DNA of 64,000 nt from Azolla caroliniana (lineage: Eukaryota; Plantae; Polypodiophyta): positions 10,912,001 through 10,976,000 of the forward strand of contig JBHGNT010000003.1 in NCBI GenBank assembly GCA_043228905.1, in the 5' to 3' direction. The first letter of the stretch is position 1. Each line of letters begins with the position of its first letter. Below the pieces are notes generated by a model that made no database searches, was not told the DNA's origin, and worked only from the letters and a program-made list of their open reading frames with translations. This document shows, piece by piece, positions 40,101 to 52,960 of this stretch. A program made the position numbers and the translations under genes.

Positions 40101-41911
40101 GTGGTGCAACTAGCTATCATTCCGATGAGTGGCAGACAATCTGTTTCAACCACTACATCTACTCTGATCAAGTAATCTCTATCTGTTTTTTAATGCAGTA
40201 AGCAAACCCCACAATTCTCGTTTAACTTGTGCATAGTTTCTTTGTCTTTCATTTAATATCTTTGCTCCAAATCTGATAGCATATCGATGTTGGTCTTCAT
40301 CTTCTTGGTTGATAACCCAACCGATCCCGATTGGGCTAGTATCAACTGTTACTATAATTGGTCTTTCACCTTTGTAGTCTGGTTGACGAAGAACTGGTGC
40401 TTTCAATAATGCTTCTTTCAACTGTTGAACAACTTGTGTATGTTCCCTTTTCTTAAAAGTTGATAGAGAGGATATGATACATGTGCAAAGTGTGGTAACC
40501 AAATATGATAAAACACACATGCACCTAAATATCTTCTCACCTCTGTTACCGATTCGCAAACCTCCTTCATATTTTGTATTGCGTTAATTTTGATCGGTGA
40601 CGGCTTCCTCCCATACCAGCCACACATATGACCAACTATCAGAACTTCGTTCTGCCCAAAGCTTGACTTTGTTCCTAATAGTGTCAAATGTACCTACTCA
40701 AGCTTATGTAAAATACTTTCACAATCATTAATGTGATCCATCACAAACTTTCTGCAACCATTTCCAACCATAGTCTCATCTTTCTCTCTTTCTAAGCATC
40801 CCTTAATAGGAATATCATCTAAAAATGGCATAGTTACCTTTGGGATGTATTCATGTAGAACTTTGTTCATTGCATTCATCATATGAGCAATTGAATTTGT
40901 CGCACCTTGAGGTAGAGTGCACATTCGAACCAACCCAATTGGTGTTTTCATTGTTGTGATATTGCGACTATCAATTGCTAATTGAAATTGGTCGTATCCT
41001 GAATATAGGTCTCCCATAGAGTAAATCGCTCTTCCAGCAAACGCTTCCACAAATTCATCAACGATCGGTCCGATTCCTACATTTCGGATTGTGACATTGT
41101 TGACTGGTTGTAGATCTTGAATGAATCTTAGAGAACCATCTTTCTTTGGAATTGTGAACCATCTATTGGAGTATGGTGCATTTGAAGGCTCTAAAATCTT
41201 CATCTTGACTTTATCCTTCAGCAACTCCAACAATTGAGGTAATCGAACTCTCAGTATTGCAATAGGTTTAAAATTCCAAGGAATATGAGGGATAGTAAAT
41301 ATTACCATTGGCGTCACGACCTTTGGATCTACACAACCAATCTCCTCAGCTTTGAATGTGAACGCTTTCCCATGCCTGAAGATCATTTCTTTGAAAGTCG
41401 CAATCTCTGATTGTAGAAGAAATTCACCCCCTCCGATTCTCAAGTTATTTATTGTCTCCGAAGTGAAGTGATGTCCGATCTTCTTTATTGGTCAAAGCAT
41501 AGGCTTGTCGGTTGCTGCTGCCTCCATCTTCTCTTCACTACCAATAGGTAATGGTACTGCAACAGGTTTGACCTTTTTATCTATTGTTTTGTATTTTGTA
41601 TTACATAAACTTTCTACTTCTTCATATTTACAATTATACCTATCAATCTCATAATACATATCAATTGAGTTTACATGCATCTTTCTAACACTCTCATCAT
41701 CTTCTTTCAAATACATTTCTAACTCTTCTAAAGTATTTGCAAAAGAAATTTCTTCCATAACACTTCCAATTTGCTCTTCCATTTCAAGTACTCCATTATC
41801 CTTCAATACCTGCTGAAACATATTAGCATTCTTTTTCAAGTTCCTCTTGCATTCATACATCCTAGTCACACATATAGCACCACTTTCAAAAACATGAAAT
41901 GACTTATTCAT
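37185..41911 (-). mobile_element. Second Gypsy element (Trp-type PBS): pol, LTR 37556-38691, PBS, gag start and partial extra LTR
   Basis: RT (DLYSGYDQ, LPQGATNS, FLDD), RNase H (VDTSPIGIG, YAQVKRELWG), integrase (HHCC, DRGE, IERGH, GPY); PPT before TGTCGTGAAG at 38691. Confidence 0.9.
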
Positions 41912-42407
41912 ATGTTGTAATGCCCTATATGAGGGTCTTTTAATAATGGACTTTGTTTTTGTTTTTTTGTGGGGGGGAGCGTGAGTGGGGGCCCAACTAC
42001 TTGAACAGGGGGGGGAGTGTGTGTCCCACTCCTCGAACTAGGGGGGGGGGGGGGGGGGGGGGGGGGGGAGGGGGACCCTAAATGAGCAAGGCGAAGCAGC
42101 GGCGGCGAGAAGGCTGTGACGACACCAATTGTGGGTCTTCTACAAAAAATGCGCAGAGAGAGGCTTCTGTGCCCCACATCTGCAAACCTCCTCCCTACAC
42201 TGGTGCGGTTCAAACCTCCTGCTCCGCTATTCCGGAACTCCTGTTGAAATGCTCACGTTGCAGACCTCCACCCTGCACTAGCGCGCCACTCCTCCTCCTC
42301 TGCTCCTCTCCGATCGACCTGAATTGAAAACTCTTGCTGAAATATAACATATGTTGTCATTTAGTAAGATCAATAAAGAAAAATAAACGCTCTATTTTAT
42401 GGGGGAG

Positions 42408-42594
42408 TGTTAGATTATAAAATAAAGTATAATATTATGAATAAAAATAAAACATTTTTTGATAAATAAAGTAATAAATAATAATTCCTAAAATACCCCT
42501 CTTTATCAAAACGTTTTGTAACTACACTCTCTCTCTTATATACACATTGTAACCACTATTCATGTGGTGTGAGAAATACAATTGTTAGTATCTT

Positions 42595-42641
<47 letters not shown>

Positions 42642-42683
42642 TATCTTCTTCCTATCTCTAGTGTTATTGCTTGATTTCTTACA
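42408..42683 (+). mobile_element. Short Copia-like 3' LTR
   Basis: PPT GGGGGAG followed by TGTTAG...TTACA; abuts the start of the duplicated gene block. Confidence 0.6.
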
Positions 42684-42972
42684 CATCATCACCCCCACAC
42701 ACATGCCATGCTCTTCTTCTATGGGCCTGCTAAGCCATCATGTAGGTAATATATTAATATCATCATCATCCACATCTTAGAAGCCTTGGTGGTAGTAGTA
42801 GTACAGTAGTTGTGATGGCGGCTGGGGCAATTCACTAATGCACTCTAATATAATGTATGTTTGTATATGTGTTGTTCCCAAACTTCTTCTTTCTTTTCTA
42901 TTATACAGTTAATATACATGCATATATATTTCACAGTTGCGTCGCATTGGATCTGACTCTCTCTCCCTCTAC

Positions 42973-44392
42973 ATGCTTCCTTGCTTGCCTCAATTTTGGG
43001 TGCCATTGGTTGTACTTGTACTTGCAACAACGCAGGTTGCAGCAGAACTCGATGATGCTACCAGTAGAACAGGCTACTCCTCCAATTCACCCAGCAACTC
43101 CTGTAGTAGTGGTAATAGTGGTAGTACTCTTGTAGTAGTAGTAATCATAAAACGTAATATTCGTGTTCGTGCAAGCATTCAAACGTTTGGAAACGAACAC
43201 ATTTGAAATGGGAAAAATACATGCTCCTTTTTTTTTTCTTTTTTTTCATTTATTGTCATTACAATTTAGCTCACCCTAGTGGTAAGGAGTTGTGCTATTG
43301 TTGTCTATGTCTTGGGTTTGATTCCCAATTTTCTCATCTCTCTCTCCCTCTCATTATTACCATGTCATAGCAAAATTTTATGTTTGTGTTATAATATTTC
43401 TTTTCTTTTCTTTTTATATTATTAGAACTAAGCACGACCTAGTGGTAAGTTGTTGTGTTACTATTACTTGTGTCTTGGGTTCAATTTCTAACTTTTTCAT
43501 ATCCTCTTGTGAGTGTCATGTTCCTTTTTCTTCTTTTATTTCTTTCGTTGTTATTAGAAATTAGGTCACCCTAGTCGTAAGTTATGCTATTACTGCCTAT
43601 GGCATGTTTTCTTCATATTCTCGAATATATGTTTTATGAGTTTTTGATCGTTTCTATTTTCTTTTCTTTCTTTCTTTGTTATTAGAAATTAGCTCACCCT
43701 AGTGGTAAGTTGTTATGCTACTACTGCCTATGTCATGTTTTCTTCATATTCTCAAATATACGTTTTATGAGTTTTTGAACGTTTGATTATAACTTATAAT
43801 GACATATTTTGATTCGATCTCTATAGTTCATACTCATTTTTTTGTAAAGTTCTAAAGTGAGGATGATAGAGATGTCTTGATTCTTAAGAAGCATCCCAAA
43901 AGTATGCATGTGATACAATGCAAATATTGCAACCATACTTATGTTGGTGGTTCACAATGGATTAGAGTCCACTTATTGGGATTGAGAGTGAATCAATATA
44001 TAATATAGACCATAGTCAATCCAATCCAACTTCGAGATGATTTACCATACACGTTTGAATGAATCATTCTCGATTGAGAATGCACGTATGATACGTATGG
44101 TTCATTCTATGGTAGTAATAGTAGTACTAGTGGTGGTGGTGGTGGTGGTGGTGGTGGTGGTAGTTGTAGACGCAACTGTGGCGGCAATCACAAATGGTAT
44201 GGGGCACCTTCAACTATTGTTATTAACAGGACAGTCGTCCACATACTCCTTGTGTCCCTCACTTTGCTTGCTACACTCCTCCTCCTCCTATGTTGTCTCC
44301 TCAAGCATTGCAAGCATAATGATAACGATGATGTCTCTGCCTCCTCCATAATAGAAGAAGGCAAATCAGACGTTGATACTCCTCCTCCTCCT
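42973..44392 (+). pseudogene. Disrupted paralog of the gene at 49437
   Basis: MLPCLPQFWV...AELDD and VHILLVSLTLLATLLLLLCCLLK...EEGKSD match the intact copy; hAT insertion in the Ser/Gly linker; truncated by a Copia fragment at the start of the poly-Pro. Confidence 0.88.
43146..44111 (+). mobile_element. hAT deletion derivative with BED-finger remnant
   Basis: Perfect 8-bp TSD GTAGTAAT; TIR CATAAAACG/CATAGAATG; QCKYCNHTYVGGSQWIRVHLLG at ~43915-43980. Confidence 0.88.
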
Positions 44393-45003
44393 ATGTTGTT
44401 GGTAGAGAAGCTGGAAGCGTGCCGAAGACTAGTCGAACTGGTGAAGTACCCCATCCCGGAGTGAAGGGGGAGTTTGTTGGGAAATAGGTCCCTCCGAATG
44501 GGAAGAGCACGAGCCGGATCGACTGGAGTCGATAGGTAACTCGGTCGAGGTCAATAGGCAGATCGGCTGAAAAATAGACTAATTGATAATTGATTGAAAA
44601 TCGATTCGGCTAATAGTGGAATCGGTCGAAGCCGGCTCGAGGTTGTATTTGTAAATAGTCATTTATGTATATGAGTGTAAATACAGTTAGGTCAAGTAGT
44701 TAAGATTATTATGATCGTTATTGAAAAAGTTATAGTTTGGAGTTGCCGCTATAACTAGAGTGGGAAAGAGTGTGTATCTCTATAACCGTATGTGACGAAG
44801 AAGAGCTCAAGCTCATTGCCTTGAAGGTTCTTGTTGTATTCCTCCCATCATAATGATTCGTTTTTTGAGAGTTTGTGGACCCCCTGTGGTTTTTCCCCTT
44901 TTAGGGTTTTCCACGTTAAACTACCTGTGTATTTGTACTTCTATTTCTGTTTGTATGTGTATTGTCGTCTTGATCTTTGCACCTGCATACATAAAGTGTA
45001 TCA
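44393..45003 (+). mobile_element. Copia 3' end and LTR (44475-45003)
   Basis: EKLEACRRLVELVKYPIPE* followed by PPT GAAGGGGGAG and TGTTGGG...TATCA. Confidence 0.75.
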
Positions 45004-45210
45004 ACCACTTGTGGCCAGCAGTATCCACAACACGGATGGCTAGCCGAATTAGGCTAGATTGCGACTATACCTCTTCCTATTCGGTCGAATGTCGATAAAC
45101 TTGCATGTATACACTTGTAACTATAGACTAGACTTGTAATGTAGGTTCACAAGAGAGATAACCCCAATTATTTGTATACATAGGAAGAGTAGCCCTTTTA
45201 TGGGGGAGTT

Positions 45211-45477
45211 TGTTGGCATAAAAGGCCGACTCCTTCCAAATTGTATCCTTAGGTGTGAACATGTTCACAAGTTAGGGCTTGAGTATATAAGCCCAACTGT
45301 ATCATTGTAAGAGTGAGAGAGTCTTACAAAAGAGAATAACATAGTTTCCATTATAGCTCAATTGTGCTTCTTGCTTCTTGATTCATCTTTCTTAAATCTT
45401 CATATTCAGTTTGTCTATGTCGTTTGATGTACATAACTTTGCAGGTCCTCATCATTATCCACTGCCCACCATTAACA
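45211..45477 (+). mobile_element. Short Copia-like LTR
   Basis: PPT GGGGGAG, TGTTGG...TTAACA termini, internal TATATAA. Confidence 0.55.
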
Positions 45478-45587
45478 TAATATCTACAACCCTTTTTACA
45501 TGATTTGTTTTTTCTAAAATGTTTATTTTCTGCACAAAAAACGTAGCGCAACCCCCACAACCACTCTAATAAATCCACTATTATGAT

Positions 45588-45885
45588 TGTTACAGGCATG
45601 ACCATATAATATCCCGAGGATTAAAAGTAATCCTCCCCTTCTTTACGCTCTCGTTTAACCCTCACACTTTATTCATGTGTATAGATTACTATGGTAAATT
45701 CTCACCACGGGATATTATATGGTCATGCTCGTTAAACGAGAGCATAAAGAAGGGGAGGATTACTTTGAATCCTCGGGATTGAGACAACCCATTAGGCCAA
45801 GTGTGAACTCTCACACTTTATCCACGTGTATAGAATACTACAATAAATTCTCACCACGAGATATTATATGGTCATGCCCGTAACA
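45588..45885. mobile_element. Fold-back element composed of LTR family A 5' segments
   Basis: Both ends are the LTR A 5' end in inverted orientation; perfect 5-bp TSD ATGAT (45583-45587 and 45886-45890). Confidence 0.88.
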
Positions 45886-46817
45886 ATGATCAAAACCCGC
45901 ATTGTTGTTGTAATCGCTCCCACGTTGCTGCTCACCGTATTGAGTATAAATCACTACGACATTCTTCTCCAAGTTTGAAGGTTTATGCATATGTACTATG
46001 TAAAGAATGTTTTTTGAAAATATGCATAATTATAACAGAAATTTGTAAAATATTTTGGGAAACCTTTTGAAGGTTTCTTTAAAGAAGTGATTTGTAACAC
46101 AATTTTATGAATGTTTTTACAAAATTTTATGGAGGTTTTGATTAAATATTGATTTGTAATAGAAATTTGTGAAGGTTTCCTAAAATTTGTGAACGTTTTT
46201 ATATTAAAGCATTGATTTGTAACATAAATTTCAAAAGGTAATAGTAACTTCCAAACATTGCAATTGTAAATTTGAATAAATTTGTGTTTCTCTTCAAAGA
46301 TTGAATGGTAATTGTCAATGTTTTTTGTAGAAATCATCAGATGTTTATGTAAATTGGCTCCTCTAGCATAAGAAATCATGAAATTTTCTAATGATGATTA
46401 GGCTTTTTACTTGAAATTAGTTTCTCTAACATAAGACATCAACTTTCTAATAGGGCATTTTGCTTGTTATGCATTAATTGGCTCATCTAACATACAAAAA
46501 CAACCTTCTATATATGGTATTCACTAAATTGCACTTATTGTGCATTTTGCTTGTGCATCTAATTGGATTGCAATTATTGTGCATTTAACTGAACCACTTA
46601 TTTGTGAGAGATTACTTTCCCAATGCTTTGGCATTCCTAATGGAGAGGTAGAAACAATGTTTGGAACATAGTTTCAATTTTTGTTGATGATTTAGATGTT
46701 TTGGAATGTTTAGAACATAGTTTCAATTTTGTTTGATGTAATTTTGTCATGAAACAATGTAAATCTTTTTATCTGGATTTTGACTTCTATATTTTTTTTT
46801 AAAACGCACTTAATAGA

Positions 46818-47420
46818 ATGGCACACTTAAGTGGACACACACTTAAGCGAATGGTTATTGTATATAGAAGCATCATCATGAAAAGAAGTGTCAATAACGA
46901 GGACTTAATCGAAGCCATACATTTCCAAACTTTATTTTCTAGGGTGTTAATAGAGACTATAAAAAAGAGGCTTCAAGATCCTTTCACTCTTTCTACATTG
47001 AAAATGTTATTACCAATGAATATGTCTATCAAATCTACATATATTTTAGCACGAAAGACCATGGGACTTAATGAGTTGAAAACATTTACTTTGAACTTTA
47101 AAATTGTTTTCTCCTATAATTGATAATGATAAAATTATATGATGATATGCAATTTTCAAAAGGCAAGTTACCACGAAATGGCTTAGAAGAGAGTTTTTAG
47201 ATGTTTGGGGTATGACGAATTATAATGATGTTTGGAAAGAAAAGTTAATTGAGCTTTTAAAGCTTTCATTGATAGGGTTGATTCAATGTTCTTCTACAAC
47301 AACCTGTGAGAGAGGCTTTAGTTGCCTAAATCTAATAAATAACAAGTTAAGAAATAGACTAAAAAGCAGTTTGGTAGATGCATTGATATGAATATCTATT
47401 GAATGACATGAAGTAGAAAA
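46818..47420 (+). pseudogene. hAT transposase C-terminal (dimerization domain) remnant
   Basis: QCSSTTTCERGFSCLNLINNKLRNRLKSSLVDALI at ~47284-47390. Confidence 0.7.
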
Positions 47421-48685
47421 ACATAACTTAAGTGCAAGTATTTTGTTCTGATGAGAAAGGAAGGAAGGGATATTGTCATATTTTTGCAAGAGCTTCTAAT
47501 GATCATGATGATATTGAGGACTTCAATGAAGATGTAGATTGAAATTTTGTCAAATTTATCTAATATGTTTTGGAATTTACCAATGTAATGAATGTATTGT
47601 TATTCTCTCTTGCCAAGAGAATTAGCTGTAAGTGTTCTACAATTTGGTATATGATGCTTCAATGTAGTATATGATATCTCAATATGTTATGTGATGTTTC
47701 AATATAATATGTGATGTTATAATGTGTAATCTTCAACTAGAATTGGATAAATTTCTGTATGTTGCAATAAATCTATCAACCCCATTATCAATTAGATGAA
47801 TTTCTCTACATGCATGGATGATGACCTCCCCCGGATGGAGATGCTTGGCAAATGCCACTTTCTTTCCTTGTTTAATTAGTTACAGAGATCTCTTCATTTG
47901 ATAGCAAGATCCCCATCTTGAAGGATCCCACACTCTACAAAAAATGCGTTTACAGTCATGAGGTTGTCCGTTGTCACCGTTTGTATCTTGATACCGATTG
48001 GCTTCGCAGACCTTGGGTTGGCAAAAGGATCCTTGAATCCCAACAATCATGAGAAGGGTCAAGTTATGATCAACAAGAATCTCCCAATCCTCTATCATCT
48101 CATCTCCACTTCTGATGTTCACTAGGTCAACATCCATATGTCCGAAATCTATGTAATGTAAGCTCTCGAGAGTCACACCCTCTATTTCTCGCATCAATCG
48201 ACTTCTCCCATCTCTTGTAATGGGGATTGTTGTATTATTTGATGATATCATCTGATTTTTCTTGATGATAATGATAATGATTGAAAATTTGATATAATTT
48301 TGTCATAAAACGATGTACATTTTTTGATTTGGTTTTTGGCCTAAAAAAAGTGTACTTAACCGAATGTTTGTGAGCTGCGGGAATATAGGTTTCTCATACC
48401 TATACATACATTATACATACATACATACATACACACACACGTATATACGTACATATGTAATAATGTATATATATAGATGTCCACGTTGGATAATTATGTC
48501 CACGTTCCTTATGTAGAAAATATGTTGATAGAGAATGGAGTGGCGTGGAGTGGGTACGTGGGTGGGACTCGGGAGGATGTAGTTGGCATGTGATGGATGC
48601 GATGTCATGATGTAGACTTCCCATACATACATAAATGATAATAATGGAGTGAGTTTAGCAACCCACAGACTGAGACTGAGACAGA

Positions 48686-48730
<45 letters not shown>

Positions 48731-49436
48731 GCTAAGGCTAAGGCAGCTCAGGTGATCCTCGCGCCGAGCCTCCTTCCTACTACTCCTCTGCATCCCTCAG
48801 AACATATACATACATACACATATGCATGTACAGTATATAAAGGTAAAGCGAGGGTAGATTCCTGCCGGTTATCATTGCTGCTATCGACAGAACAGAACAG
48901 AACAGAACAGGACAGAAGAATGAAAAGGAAGAGATGAGATATGAGATGCTGGGAGCAGCGCCACTACTACGTACACAGTCTGCTGCCTCTCTCCATCCAC
49001 CTTTCTAAAAGGTGCGCACCCATGCTTTGCTCTGCACACCTGCAATTTGCTTGGCCTTTGGGATATTATCTCAGGACAGGATGAGGGCTTCTGCTTCTGA
49101 CTGTTGCTCGCTCTGGACATGAATTGAGTTCTCCTCTCATCATCATCATCATCATCATCATCATCCCCACACACAAGCCACGCTCTTCTTCTATGGGCCT
49201 GCTAAGCCATCAGGTTGGTAATATATATTAATATCATCATCATCATCATCATCCACATCTTAGAAGCATTAGCAGTAGTAGTTGTAATGGGGGGCACTAG
49301 CGCACTCTAAATAAATAAATGTATGCATATGTGTTGTCCCCAAACTTCTTCTTTCTTTAAGGTTATACAGTCAGTATACATGGTGCATTTGTAATGTTGT
49401 AATTCACAGATCGGATCTGACTCTCTCTCTCTCTAC

Positions 49437-49578
49437 ATGCTTCCCTGCCTGCCTCAGTTTTGGGTGCAGATTCTTGTACTTGTACTTGTTGTACTTGCAG
49501 CAGCGCAGGTTGCAGCAGAACTGGATGACTCTACCACTAGAACAGGTGCCTATTCCTCCGATTCACCCTGCAACTCCT

Positions 49579-49619
<41 letters not shown>

Positions 49620-50420
49620 GGTGGTGGTGGTTGTGGAAGCAGCAGCTGCGGCGGCAATGGGGCACCTTCAACTACTCTTATTTACAACGGGACAGTTGTC
49701 CACATACTGCTTGTGTGCCTCGCTTTGCTTGCCGCTCTCCTCCTCCTCCTATGCTGTCTCCTCAAGCGTTGCCAGCATAATGATGACCACGACGCCGCCG
49801 CCGCCTCCATAATAGAGGAAGAAGGCAAATCAGACATTGACGCTGAGGCACCTCCTCCTCCTCCAATCCTTCCACCTCCACCTCCACCTCCACTTCCTCC
49901 AATCCTTCCAACTCCACCTCCACCTCCACCTCCACCTCCACTTCCTCCAATCCTTCCACCTCCACTTCCTCCAATCCTTCCACCTCCACCTCCATCTCCA
50001 TCTCCATCTCCGCCTCCATCTCCATCTCCACCTCCACCTCCATCTCCGCCTCCACCTCCACCTCCACCTCCATCTCCGCCTCCACCTCCACCTCCACCTC
50101 TGCCTCCATCTCCGCCTCCATCTTTGCCTCCGCCTCCATCTCCTCCTCCATCTCCGCCTCCATCTCTGCCTCCGCCTCCGCCTCCGCCTCCGCCACCGTC
50201 TTCCCCTCCCCCTTCATCTCCGCCTCCATCTCCGCCTCCGCCTGCACCCTGGTATCCTACTACTACATGCACCAGTCCATATCCATATCCTCCTCGATCA
50301 CCGCCATGCTATCCTACGTGCACTAGTCCAGGTTGCCAATATCCATATCCTCCTCCATCATCGACACCATGCTATCCTGCGTGCACCAGTCCACGCTGCC
50401 GTTATCCAGGTATGCACTAA
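49437..50420 (+). CDS. Signal peptide + single transmembrane + proline-rich protein (327 aa unspliced; a short second exon at 50494-50531 is possible)
   Basis: Hydrophobic N-terminus, Ser/Gly/Cys linker, TM ILLVCLALLAALLLLLCCLL-KR, long Pro-rich tract with SPPPP, C-terminal CYPxCTSPxCxYP repeats; conserved paralog at 42973; CAG|GTATGC donor at 50410 and TTTGCAG acceptor at 50493. Confidence 0.8.
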
Positions 50421-52029
50421 TTATACTTATCCCATTGCGATTTGCATATTTAAATATATATATATATATATTTTTTTTGGGGGGGGTTTGCAGTGCAAAT
50501 GTGTATGGCAGGGTATTATATAATTCAATAGGGAAAGAGATAACATTTCAGTCAGAAAAGAAAGGCCAACAGTGTAGAGCACAGTCAACTGTTTTCTTTG
50601 ACAAGTGATATGAGAATGGGAAGAGGCATCGATAGATCTGTATTATTCCATTTAAAAACACAGCGGACATCTTGAATAAAGCGAGCAAGATTAGGGTTGA
50701 GTTGCTGCCCATAGTAATGTGGGGGATTGATCGATCAATCGATCATATGTGGGGCCCACAATAAAATGATCGATCGCCACATCCATGGCGAGCAATGCCA
50801 GGCTTCTCTTTCTGTCTTCGGAATAGTGGTAGTAGTATAGTAAGTAGTAGTGAGGCATAGATATATAGTTTCTTGAGGCAGCATTCTAAGCTCCATGTGG
50901 GAGGTGGAGGCAAAATCAATCATTCTGTCATGGGTCCTCTCACACAGAAGCCTATGACTTTTTATTGGAACCTTCCAAAGCCTCACTCTTTTGCCTCTTT
51001 TACTTTGTGGCCAGATTCATATATGTATGTAAAATACTATATGTCATGAGGCTCCACATCTTGTCATACACAACATGTGTACATATTTTGTCATATGTTT
51101 GTCGGACTTTCCTTGTCTCACTAAATAAGGTTGGTTATAAGCATGGTTAGCTCCAAATGTGGAGAACTCTATAAGATGCTAGAGGAGGCGGAGGGCGGGT
51201 CCCATTCCTTCCCTTCCCTTCCCTTGGTTAGACATAATTAAAATAGAGTGACATACATATTGTGCCTTATAACCACACATCCAACTGAAGGAGTGGTGGG
51301 AGATACTTCACTAGCCCGCCCACTTCAGCCATCATGTGGTGAAGACTAAACACTCCACTCATCAGAAGGTTTTGGACCCGTCATGTTGTGCAGAATAAAC
51401 ACTCCATGAATCACAAGGTTGCCAAAACCGATGCAAAAGAATTGGTTTATGGCAGACATTTCCTCCTCTCGAAGAGGTGACATGCACATTTTAACCTCAT
51501 CCCAATTCCATACACGTCCATGACGACTAGAAGGGTTCCTAAATCGCATTTATATTTCATATCTAGTGCACGCCAAGAATCACTAGCAAATGGAAATTTT
51601 GTCCCATCCAATACTTACCCAATTGACAAAATCTTATAGAACAATTATCATTGCGGCTGTTGATGGCAAAAACTCATTGGAAAATAATGTCCACTCAAAC
51701 TCTTTGCAAGTGTCGTGTGTTATCCACAACTCTTCAATGTAGATTTGTGAATTTCCTAGCACATCTTGATAAAAAAATATTTCCTTTCTTTGTTTTGTAT
51801 TACACTCATTTTTGCGAAATGTCCTTGTTGGAGATTTTGTTCAACTTTCTAATGTTCCTCCCATCAAACCAAATACACACCTCTGCTTTTTTGTACTTAT
51901 TACTTTCTTTGTTAGCCTTGTTGTGTGACATAAGGAACATTTCCTGGATTTCTCCAATAAACCTCATGATCTCCCATTGGTACTCATGGATTAGAAGTGA
52001 AACTTATGTTATTTAATGCCATGGTAATA

Positions 52030-52960
52030 CAAGTTTTTCCCTAAGGAGTAGAAGTGTAGGGAGGCACCACCTCTCTCAATGCATGGAATGAGATTGAGAA
52101 GATTCAAAATTTGTTTTTTAAGGAGTCAACGGGGAGTAAAATTGGCCACCTCCTATTATGCGCTTGGAAACAAGTGTTTAACCTATAGAAATAAATTGGT
52201 GCTACAAAGAGTAAATATATATGGCTAAAGTGAAGAATATGCCACATCATAGATTATGATGTCTTGCTTAGAATGTTCAATTTAAATTGCACAAGAATCA
52301 CATGACTAAACTCTCTCGTCTAGTTATGTAGTTGATTTAAAAAAACTAGTTCAAAAGATGGGGTTTGGAAGATCCCTCAGAACTTTCAAGTGATCATATA
52401 GAATATATAGTTATTGAGGAAAGGTTAATGGAACCACGAAGGTAGAAGTTAGAAGATGATAAAAGGACAAAATTAGAATATTACATTGCAAACATCAACC
52501 CTAAATATTGAAATCAATATAAGGCAAGGAGCTCTATCTCATTACTAACATGAGTATTAGCTCTCGTAAAGCCCTGACACTGCTTCTCACTAGATCACAC
52601 AAGCTCAGTATTGAAGTCTCACTAGATCACACAAGCTAGGTATTGAAGTTACATTATGGCATCAAAATTTGTCAAATATAAAGACATATAAAGTATGCGA
52701 TGAAAGGCTAGTGGAGGATGTGTATCACTTACGTTTTATGTGCTCTACATATAATGTAATTTATGAAATCTATGAAGGCATTAAGAGGGAGTGCTAACTT
52801 GAATGTCATACTAAAGGGAATACCTAGAAGATTGAGCTCATATATGTATGCCTTATTCACACATCAAGACTTTGTGCTTTCAAGAATGAATATCCCTTCT
52901 TAGGAAGGAGACACATATCAATAAAACTTGTGTACTTCAATATTGACCTTTTTGTAGACA
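52030..52960 (+). mobile_element. Degraded RTE-like LINE 3' remnant
   Basis: TRSHKLSIEV and VEDVYHLRFMCSTYNVI motifs. Confidence 0.5.

Noticed and set aside
47880-48251. 123-aa ORF
   Set aside because: No recognisable motif or gene structure; lies in decayed TE sequence.
49682-50523. Gly-rich, Glu/Met-rich and His/Leu-rich ORFs
   Set aside because: Alternative-frame shadows of the poly-Pro coding repeat.
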